From Candidatus Dojkabacteria bacterium (GTDB lineage: Bacteria; Patescibacteriota; Dojkabacteria; SC72), in NCBI GenBank assembly GCA_034002865.1, contig JAVEZR010000004.1, forward strand, positions 1-52,558: a DNA stretch of 52,558 nt, given 5' to 3'. Under the pieces are notes generated by a model, which had not been told where the DNA came from, made no database searches, and saw only the letters and a program-made list of their open reading frames with translations. Each line of letters opens with the position of its first letter. Positions within the stretch are counted from its first letter, which is position 1. The translations under genes and the position numbers were made by a program. Positions 1 to 7,176 of the stretch are shown in pieces.

Positions 1-866
1 ACAGGAGAAGACTCATTCATATCAATAACCTTCTTCCATGTACCTAAAGGCCCTAGATCTATTAATAACTCACCATATATATTTGTAATAGTTTGACTAT
101 ATTTCTCAAAAAAGTACTCTCCATCTTTATCTACTGCAGTAGCTATATCAATATACCAACCACCACTTTCATTTAATGAGCTAGAAAATACATTACTTCT
201 CTCCTGTGTACTCTCATCTAAATAGTTAAAATATACTACTCCATCTGTAACAGGCTTTAATTCATCAATAGCTATATCCTCATTCTGTGCATCCTTTATC
301 TGTCCATATGCTGGAAGAGGAGTATCCATAGCTTCAGGAATGGTAGTAGTCTTTACACTCTTCGCATCAGAAAAGTTCTTACTATTTAAAAACAGTAAAC
401 CATCTCCAACCATTACACTATACTCTTTCTCTTGATCTAAACCCTTAACCTGTATGTGATGTGTATAGTAGGTACCTCTTTCAGTAACAACTCTCTCTGT
501 TACAAAATCACTTACCTTTACTCCAAAAGAATTACTATTCCAAACAGTCTCAGCAGTCTCTTGAGCAGAAATTAACTCAGATATTCTTACATCCCTAGTA
601 TCATTAAAAATCTCTTTCTCAAATATATTAAAAGATATTGGTAAATTGTTATTACTCTCTATTACTCTAACAGCACCCTTTGTAGGAGTTTTAGTTGTCC
701 AACTTACAGTAAAAGAGCTAGAGCTAACATTAGAGTATTTTATATCTTTAGGTAATATCCTTACATAACCATATATAACTAATCCTATTAATGAGAGAAA
801 AAGAACAAGAGTAAATATCTTTAAATACTTCTTTACTCTATACTTAGTAATAACGGTGGTATCCAT
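1..866 (-). CDS. FN3-like-domain membrane-anchored/secreted protein, N-terminal part only (C-terminus lies beyond window start)
   Basis: Not in the ORF track because it runs off the edge. My minus-strand translation from ATG 866 (alternative in-frame ATG at 875) gives MDTTVITKYRVKKYLKIFTLVLFLSLIGLVIYGYVRILPKDIKYSNVSSSSFTVSWTTKTPTKGAVRV...RGTYYTHHIQVKGLDQEKEY and stays open to position 1. It has a TM helix followed by an FN3/purple-acid-phosphatase-N-like signature, the same layout as the N-terminus of the 716-aa protein at 4313-6463. Confidence 0.6.
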   Translation of the reverse strand, partial: MDTTVITKYRVKKYLKIFTLVLFLSLIGLVIYGYVRILPKDIKYSNVSSSSFTVSWTTKTPTKGAVRVIESNNNLPISFNIFEKEIFNDTRDVRISELISAQETAETVWNSNSFGVKVSDFVTERVVTERGTYYTHHIQVKGLDQEKEYSVMVGDGLLFLNSKNFSDAKSVKTTTIPEAMDTPLPAYGQIKDAQNEDIAIDELKPVTDGVVYFNYLDESTQERSNVFSSSLNESGGWYIDIATAVDKDGEYFFEKYSQTITNIYGELLIDLGPLGTWKKVIDMNESSP

Positions 867-933
867 ACAAAACATAGATAATGTTAATTATGAATATAGT
901 ACACAGGAATATATAATAGTGCAAGATATCAGT

Positions 934-961
934 TTGACAACATATTGAAATCCTTTAAAAT
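934..961 (+). promoter_or_regulatory. Candidate sigma70-type promoter for the 994-3974 gene pair
   Basis: TTGACA (934-939), 16-nt spacer, TAAAAT (956-961), 32 nt upstream of ATG 994. It lies in one of the few real intergenic gaps, a divergent region. Confidence 0.35.
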
Positions 962-993
962 TACTAAGTAAATATACTTAAACAACAAACAGT

Positions 994-1557
994 ATGATAT
1001 TTCAAAGAAACTTTTTTAAATATATATCTTCCCTACTAATAGCTGTAATGCTGTTTACAAGCATAGTAAATATATACGCACAAGACCTACTGTATACACC
1101 TCATCCTAACTTTAATAGTGTGGCTATTAATAATGAAGTTGTTAGAAAAGAGGATGAAGGCTTTGTAAAAGTAAAGTATTTAGATGCTGTAAAGATAGCT
1201 GGAAGTGGTAATCCAGGTAGTACAGTAGAGCTATATTTTGGTGATCAATCGTATGAGAGTACAGTAGATGAATATGGTAATTGGTTTGTACTCTTTAGTA
1301 TTATGAATTTGGATGAAGGTAGCTATCCTGTAGAGGTAAAACTTAATAACTTGAATCAAAGAGAACACTTTATTACATTAGTTGTAGTTGAGGATAGTCC
1401 AATAGAGGGTAGTAACTCACAGGAGGTGGTTCCTGAGAAAGAGGTTGATAGTGCTTCTCCATCTTTCTTTGTATATGCAACATCCGTAATTATATCTTTC
1501 ACTTTAGGTTGGGTATTTAGCTTTCTTTATTACAGAGATAAAAAAGGAAGAAGATGA
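994..1557 (+). CDS. Small secreted Ig-like protein with C-terminal TM anchor (hypothetical)
   Basis: Signal peptide (LLIAVMLFTSIVNIYAQ), a beta-sandwich-looking core (GSTVELYFGDQSYESTVDEYGNWFV), and a C-terminal ASPSFF + TM helix + basic tail RDKKGRR. The stop overlaps the next start (ATGA at 1554-1557). Confidence 0.6.
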   Translation: MIFQRNFFKYISSLLIAVMLFTSIVNIYAQDLLYTPHPNFNSVAINNEVVRKEDEGFVKVKYLDAVKIAGSGNPGSTVELYFGDQSYESTVDEYGNWFVLFSIMNLDEGSYPVEVKLNNLNQREHFITLVVVEDSPIEGSNSQEVVPEKEVDSASPSFFVYATSVIISFTLGWVFSFLYYRDKKGRR

Positions 1558-3974
1558 TGATAAGTAAGAATATCGAAAAAAATCCTTCTTCTGAATATAT
1601 CGTTAAGATTGAATGGGAAATGAAGGAAATAGCGAAAGCTTTAGGTATCATACTTTTTGCTGCACTTATCTTTTCAGCTTTTCTATTCTATCAGAGAGAT
1701 AGTACACCAATATCATATGCTGCATGTCCTGATGGTTGTTACCCACACGCTGTCTGTGGATGTACTGGCTATAACGGTTGTAGTGGTCCAAGCTGTAGTA
1801 CTTGCGATAATGGTCCCTGTGGAAGCTGTACTCCAGATCCTTGTAGTACCTACTATACTGAAACAAATACAGGTTGTTCACAATCGAACCAATATTGTAC
1901 TAGAACATACTGTACTGGAGGCTCCTGTGGTACATCAACTCGCTCCTGCTATCTAGTAAAATATACACTCACATACAGTGCTGGTACAGGCGGATATATA
2001 TCAGGAACGACTCCTCAAGGAGTATGTAGAGGAAGCAACGGTACGCAAGTCACAGCGGTTCCTAACAGTGGCTATCACTTTGTTAATTGGAGCGACTCAG
2101 TATCTACAGCCTCAAGAACTGATACTAGTGTAGTTGCAGATAAGAGTGTAACTGCTAACTTTGCTGTTTCAAACCAAGCCCCTACTTCACCAACAGAGCT
2201 GAAAACAAACAACATTACGAATCCTAGTGGAGTAACTGGGAACCCACTATTTAAAGCTAAGTTCCAAGATCCTAATACAGGTAATACAGGAATCTACTAC
2301 CGTATTCAAGTAAACACAACCTCTGCTTTTAATGGTACAGATTACTGGTATAGTGCACAAACCAGTATGACTGCAACAGCAATTGGGTCTTACTCCCCAG
2401 ATATTACATATGCAGGGACAACACTTCCTTTAAATGGCTCAACCTTTTACTGGAGGATACAGTTTTGGGATAACTACGGTGCACAGGGAGCTTGGTCTAC
2501 AGGTACAAATACCTTTACTATGAATACACCACCTAGCTCTCCTACTGGACTTCAAACTAATGGTGCTACTAATCCAACAGGGATTACTCTACCACCTCAA
2601 TTTAGAGCTATATTTCAGGATCCTAATACAGGGAATACAGGAACAAAGTATGAGATAGAGGTTAATACCAACTCTGCTTTCACTGGTACTATGATGTGGC
2701 AAAGTGGTTTACAAAATATGACTACTACAGCAATAGGGGCATACTCACCACAGATTACATATGCAGGTTCTACTCTTACTGAAAATGGTGCTACATACTA
2801 TTGGAGAATTAGATTTGCAGATAACTATGGTACTGTAGGCTCTTGGTCAACAGGTACAAATACCTTCACTATGAATACACCACCTAGCTCACCAACTGAA
2901 TTACAAACTAACAGTGCTGCAAATCCGATAGGGCTAGTAGCATCTCCTCAGCTTAGAGCTAAATTCCAAGATCCAAACTCTGGTAATACTGGTACAAAAT
3001 ATGAAATACATGTTAATACGAACTCTTCTTTTACAGGTACATCTATGTGGCAAAGTGGGTTGCAGAACATGACTTCAACAGCAATAGGGGTATACTCACC
3101 CCAAATTACATATGCAGGTACAGCACTACCTTTAACTGGAGTAACATACTACTGGAGAATTAGATTTGCGGATAACTATGGAACTGTAGGTTCATGGTCT
3201 CCTGCTGCACAGTTTACAATGAATACTGCTCCTTTAGCTCCTAGCTCTATGTATACAGAGGGCAGTACTAACCCTGCAAATGTTACTGATATAACTCCAG
3301 AGTTTAGTGCAATATTTCAAGATTCAGACACAGGAAATACTGGAGTACACTATGAAATTCATGTTAATACAGCCTCTGATTTTACCGGTACATCTATGTG
3401 GCAAAGTGGTAAAACAGCTATATCTCCAATCGCTATTGGTGCAAGATCAACTGACATCTCATACGCTGGAACTACATTGAGTACAAATGGTACTACATAT
3501 TATTGGAGAATGAAGTTCTGGGACAACTTAGGTACAGAGAGTGCTTGGTCATCTACAGCTCAATTTATAATGCAAGGTGCTCCATTAGCACCTACAGATT
3601 TACTTACAGATGGTAGTACAAATCCTCAGTTTCTTCTTACCCTTACTCCAACCTTAAGTGCTGTATACAATGATCCTAATGGGCACAATGCAAGTGCGTA
3701 TGAAATAAATATAAATACAAATTCCTCTTTCACTGGTACTGTAATGTGGAATAGTGGGAAAGTAAATACTACTGTCTCTGAAGGAAGTAGATCTCCTAAC
3801 TATACATATAACGGTACAGCTCTTTTACCTGATAGCACGACATACTACTGGAGAATTAGATTCTGGGATGTTGATAATTTACAGGGTGCATGGTCTGCAA
3901 CTAATAGCTTTGTATCAAACCTTAATAGACAGTATTACAAGGGATTAAGAATGAAAGGATTACAGTTAAGGTAA
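1554..3974 (+). CDS. Signal-anchored surface protein: Cys-rich knot + InlB-type B-repeat + 5 tandem FN3-like repeats
   Basis: 806-aa ORF. It has an N-terminal TM (ALGIILFAALIFSAFLFY) and 15 Cys in about 80 aa (1719-1960). A Listeria-Bacteroides/InlB B-repeat-like segment follows (YTLTYSAGTGGYISG...AVPNSGYHFVNWSD...VTANFA, about 1957-2170), then five repeats carrying the YYWRIRF-D-G--G-WS signature. Confidence 0.85.
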   Translation: MMISKNIEKNPSSEYIVKIEWEMKEIAKALGIILFAALIFSAFLFYQRDSTPISYAACPDGCYPHAVCGCTGYNGCSGPSCSTCDNGPCGSCTPDPCSTYYTETNTGCSQSNQYCTRTYCTGGSCGTSTRSCYLVKYTLTYSAGTGGYISGTTPQGVCRGSNGTQVTAVPNSGYHFVNWSDSVSTASRTDTSVVADKSVTANFAVSNQAPTSPTELKTNNITNPSGVTGNPLFKAKFQDPNTGNTGIYYRIQVNTTSAFNGTDYWYSAQTSMTATAIGSYSPDITYAGTTLPLNGSTFYWRIQFWDNYGAQGAWSTGTNTFTMNTPPSSPTGLQTNGATNPTGITLPPQFRAIFQDPNTGNTGTKYEIEVNTNSAFTGTMMWQSGLQNMTTTAIGAYSPQITYAGSTLTENGATYYWRIRFADNYGTVGSWSTGTNTFTMNTPPSSPTELQTNSAANPIGLVASPQLRAKFQDPNSGNTGTKYEIHVNTNSSFTGTSMWQSGLQNMTSTAIGVYSPQITYAGTALPLTGVTYYWRIRFADNYGTVGSWSPAAQFTMNTAPLAPSSMYTEGSTNPANVTDITPEFSAIFQDSDTGNTGVHYEIHVNTASDFTGTSMWQSGKTAISPIAIGARSTDISYAGTTLSTNGTTYYWRMKFWDNLGTESAWSSTAQFIMQGAPLAPTDLLTDGSTNPQFLLTLTPTLSAVYNDPNGHNASAYEININTNSSFTGTVMWNSGKVNTTVSEGSRSPNYTYNGTALLPDSTTYYWRIRFWDVDNLQGAWSATNSFVSNLNRQYYKGLRMKGLQLR
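2175..3920 (+). repeat. Five in-frame tandem coding repeats of 348/351/348/351/348 nt
   Basis: Unit boundaries are 2175, 2523, 2874, 3222, 3573 and 3920. The recurring DNA string atgaatacaccacctagctc occurs at 2520 and 2871. Protein units follow the pattern P-F-A-FQDPN-GNTG--Y-I-VNT-S-FTGT-MWQSG...Y-G--L---G-TYYWRIRF-DN-G--G-WS. Units 2 and 3 are the most similar by eye. Confidence 0.9.
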
Positions 3975-4013
3975 TATACATATTCTAAGTACTGTGATAA
4001 AATCTTGTGTCTA

Positions 4014-4090
4014 CGGGGAGTAGTTCAGTTGGCTAGAACGCTGCGTTTGGGACGCAGAGGCCGCAGGTTCAAGTCCTGTCTCCCCGACCA
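4014..4090 (+). tRNA. tRNA-Pro (anticodon UGG), CCA encoded
   Basis: Hand-folded cloverleaf: acceptor CGGGGAG/CTCCCCG, D arm GTTC-AGTTGGCTA-GAAC, anticodon stem CTGCG/CGCAG with loop TTTGGGA, T arm GCAGG-TTCAAGT-CCTGT, discriminator A + CCA. Length 77 nt. Confidence 0.9.
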
Positions 4091-4118
4091 CTATATATAA
4101 TTTCTACTCTCTATATTT

Positions 4119-4310
4119 ATGAAAAAAGATATGCTCTCTAAGTTTAGAACTGTAGCATTCGTTTTAACCGTACTAACTATAATCCCCCTATTTATAAAAT
4201 ACCTTACGGGACAAGAAAGTAGTAATACCCTTATTATAGATTTACATGTTTGGATTGGATTAGCTTTCGTAATACTCGCTACTGTAAGTATGATAAAAAA
4301 GAGAAAGTAA
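4119..4310 (+). CDS. Small two-TM membrane protein (hypothetical)
   Basis: 63-aa ORF with two hydrophobic helices (VAFVLTVLTIIPLFI; VWIGLAFVILATVSMI) and a basic C-terminus. It starts 28 nt after tRNA-Pro. Confidence 0.45.
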   Translation: MKKDMLSKFRTVAFVLTVLTIIPLFIKYLTGQESSNTLIIDLHVWIGLAFVILATVSMIKKRK

Positions 4311-4312
4311 GG

Positions 4313-6463
4313 CTACTTTTTTAGAAATATACCCTGATTACTCTCTAGCTTTAGATCATCTCCATATACTGTACTATCCTCTTCCTCTCTTCTGTAGTTA
4401 AATAGACCTAATTCTTTTGACCATACTGCTACTACATCCACACCTATATCGCTTTTCTTTAGGTTAGAGATTAAGGTAGACGCTTTGTATGACTTAGAAT
4501 ATAAAGAGCCACCTACTAGATTCCATCCCTCACTTAATGGTAAGTACTTAGATGCACTATCTTTCCAACCATCAATATTTAGCACTGTATCTTCACTACT
4601 TATAATTAGATATCCTTTATTCTGTTTAAATACAAAATCATTACCAGCAAATGGTACTGTTTCAGACTTCTTTACAATATCCTTCCACTCATAGCCCTCA
4701 AAGTTAGCTATTAAAAGAATACTGCTATTCGTTTCAATTAGATTAGATGCATGCATACCAGTAGCTTTATATGTAGGTTCAAAATCAAAACCAACAAAGT
4801 TGACTCCCTTTTGAAGCTCAATTTTATAAGTAGAGAGCTTATTCCTACTCTCACACTGTGATTGAGTTGTAACACTCTCATCAAAATCTTTACCTACTGA
4901 TTTTGGCAACCATTGATATATACCCTCTCTAAAGAAACAGCCTTTATCATTAGCATACTCTTTACATGCTTGGCTAGTGGTAATATCTGGTACTACCTTT
5001 GTACATACTGATTTTGGATACCACATAACATCGTTACCAACCTCACAACAAACAGCCTCATACTTAACCTCACAAGCACTCTCTACCTTACCTTTAATCT
5101 CTACAGAGTACTCTAGCTTACCATCATATATACTTCTTCCACTCTTCCATATATCAGAACAGCTTTTACCCTCTGCGTTGTTTTCATAGTCCCCCTGGAA
5201 CTGTTCCTGGTTATCTATCTTTAGGGCACAACATAGTGGTCCACTTGGTTTCTCCCATCCACCACCACCATCATCATCTCCTCCTCCTGATTTTGGTAAA
5301 CCTGTAACTTGGGATGGTAACTTTCTTCCGTTTGTTACCCATCCATACACCATCTCTATACCTTTGTAGTAATCTATTCCGACTTGTCTCTTTACTGCAT
5401 CATTCTCATTACAGCTTCCCCATCTATACATATTTCCCCACGCTTCCCAGGCAGAGAGTTCTGGACAAGTGTATGTGTGCTTTAGTTTAAGAAAGTAAGT
5501 AATCTGAGCATTAAAGTCCTGTGGTGGTGCAGATGCTTGTCCATGTATTCCGAAGTCTTCTACTATTCCAGAGATATCAGAATTCTGAGTATAGTTGCTT
5601 GCTCCAGATTCATTTAACCAAATTGTTAGTGCAAATGCAGGATCTACTCCCTCTCTTTTAGCACGCAGTATTACATCATTGTAGCACTCTTGAGCATAGT
5701 TTTTACCCCTATTTCCTACCCATCTGGATGCTAACTCTTCAAACTTCTCTTTACTTACACCATCAAAAGTTTGAGCAGGAGCATTCTGATTACAATTTAT
5801 CTCAGCAGCAGTAACAGAGAGTGGGTTCATTGAAAGATTACTTGTAGGAGTAAAATACTCAATCTTTTTTAATTGTGTACTCTCTTTATCCCACTCTACA
5901 TTAAACTCCTCTTTATCTATCACCACACCACCAAACCTATTTGCATATTCACTCCTTACATCTGAGTACTCCCTTGTTTTAGTATTGTACAAAGCAACAT
6001 ATATTAACTCATTAGGGAGAGCTGCTATCTCTTCTACAAGAGGTAGTGAGATTTCATCTTTACTCTCTAAAGTTTGAAAGTAAAACTCTTTAAGAGCAAA
6101 AGCCTCTATCTCATCAGTAGTAGACTCTTTAGAAGCACTCCACTCTCTATTACTGTCTGAAATATTAAAATTGTACTTACTAAGCTCATTTAATCCACTT
6201 AGTACAACCCTATGTGAATTCGTTAAAGTATCGCTACCTAATAGCTTCTCACTCTCTCCAATTTTAATGTATGAAGGTGTATTAACATCTGTTTTCCATG
6301 ATACTGTTACAGAGTCACTTGAAACATCAGATATTAATACATCATATGGTGTAGCCTTCACATACTCCCAATGCTGTATATATCTAAAAGCAGCGTAACC
6401 AAAGAGTGAAAGTACAGAGATACTTAATATTAACCAAACAAAAAGTTTTTTAGGTACTCTCAT
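4313..6463 (-). CDS. Secreted mosaic protein: N-terminal FN3-like domain, possible lysozyme-like core, Gly/Asp linker, Cys-rich region, C-terminal beta domain
   Basis: 716-aa ORF. Signal anchor (LFVWLILSISVLSLFGYAAF). FN3-like segment (VLISDVSSDSVTVSWKTDVNTPSYIKIG...HRVVLSGLNELSKYNF). The segment GVDPAFALTIWLNESGASNY resembles a transglycosylase/lysozyme Glu-Ser motif (weak). Linker SGGGDDDGGGGW, followed by a Cys-rich stretch (LCCALK...AVCCEVG...). Confidence 0.75.
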   Translation of the reverse strand: MRVPKKLFVWLILSISVLSLFGYAAFRYIQHWEYVKATPYDVLISDVSSDSVTVSWKTDVNTPSYIKIGESEKLLGSDTLTNSHRVVLSGLNELSKYNFNISDSNREWSASKESTTDEIEAFALKEFYFQTLESKDEISLPLVEEIAALPNELIYVALYNTKTREYSDVRSEYANRFGGVVIDKEEFNVEWDKESTQLKKIEYFTPTSNLSMNPLSVTAAEINCNQNAPAQTFDGVSKEKFEELASRWVGNRGKNYAQECYNDVILRAKREGVDPAFALTIWLNESGASNYTQNSDISGIVEDFGIHGQASAPPQDFNAQITYFLKLKHTYTCPELSAWEAWGNMYRWGSCNENDAVKRQVGIDYYKGIEMVYGWVTNGRKLPSQVTGLPKSGGGDDDGGGGWEKPSGPLCCALKIDNQEQFQGDYENNAEGKSCSDIWKSGRSIYDGKLEYSVEIKGKVESACEVKYEAVCCEVGNDVMWYPKSVCTKVVPDITTSQACKEYANDKGCFFREGIYQWLPKSVGKDFDESVTTQSQCESRNKLSTYKIELQKGVNFVGFDFEPTYKATGMHASNLIETNSSILLIANFEGYEWKDIVKKSETVPFAGNDFVFKQNKGYLIISSEDTVLNIDGWKDSASKYLPLSEGWNLVGGSLYSKSYKASTLISNLKKSDIGVDVVAVWSKELGLFNYRREEEDSTVYGDDLKLESNQGIFLKK

Positions 6464-7176
6464 TACCTTTTAGCTAATATTAAATATGTAGTTGGTATAT
6501 CTGTAATTTTAAAATCTTTAACCATTCTCCAGTCAGAGATACTCAATGTTTTAATATACTCATCCTTACCTGTAATATCAACAGAGATACATAGGTCGGT
6601 ATTTGGATTACATACCTCTAAGATATCTCTAAACAGAGAGCTATTTCTGTATGGGGCTTCTATAAAGAGCTGGGTTTGATTCCTACGTAAAGACTCTCTC
6701 TCTAGCTGTTTAATCTTACTCTTTCTTTTCATAGGGTCTCTTGGTAGATATCCATGAAAGAGAAAAGATTGACCATTTAGTCCTGAACCCATTAAAGAAA
6801 GGAGTATAGAGGAAGGACCAACCATAGGGACAACCTTAATACCAAGCCTATGACACTCTCTTACAACCATACTGCCAGGGTCTGCTACTGCAGGAGAGCC
6901 TGCATCACTCATTAAACCAACATCAAAACCAGCGATAAGGGGCTCTATTAAATATGCAATATCGCTATTCCTAGAGTGTTCATCTAAAACTCTCATATCT
7001 ATATCTTGAATTACAATATCTAAACCAGATAGATGTCTTCTAGCTACCTTAGCTGTTTCAACTATGTAATACTTCAAACCCTTTACTATCTCTAAATCAG
7101 AGCTTTTTAGTTCATCCTTAATAGCTCTATTACTTAAAGATGTTGGTACTAAGTACAGAGTTCCTAAATTTTTCAT
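6463..7176 (-). CDS. rsmI: Tetrapyrrole-methylase-family SAM-dependent methyltransferase, RsmI-like (16S rRNA C1402 2'-O-methyltransferase)
   Basis: LYLVPTSLSN...MSDAGSPAVADPGSMVV...VVPMVGPSSILLSLMGSGLNGQSFLFHGYLP matches the RsmI/TP-methylase motifs. It is shorter (237 aa) than typical RsmI. It shares 1 nt (TAATG) with both neighbours. Confidence 0.7.
   Translation of the reverse strand: MKNLGTLYLVPTSLSNRAIKDELKSSDLEIVKGLKYYIVETAKVARRHLSGLDIVIQDIDMRVLDEHSRNSDIAYLIEPLIAGFDVGLMSDAGSPAVADPGSMVVRECHRLGIKVVPMVGPSSILLSLMGSGLNGQSFLFHGYLPRDPMKRKSKIKQLERESLRRNQTQLFIEAPYRNSSLFRDILEVCNPNTDLCISVDITGKDEYIKTLSISDWRMVKDFKITDIPTTYLILAKR

Noticed and set aside
1657-1956. ORFs 1657-1956 (+) and 1666-1881 (-) inside the Cys-rich 5' part of the 806-aa gene
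   Set aside because: They are alternative-frame or antisense ORFs fully nested in a gene whose own frame shows strong domain logic. Their translations are low-complexity with no motifs. They are probably a by-product of the biased TGY/GGN codon run.
2175-3920. Regular ~350-nt periodicity that could superficially suggest a repeat array or CRISPR-like structure
   Set aside because: The period is far too long and there are no short direct repeats with unique spacers. The units are in-frame protein repeats within one ORF.
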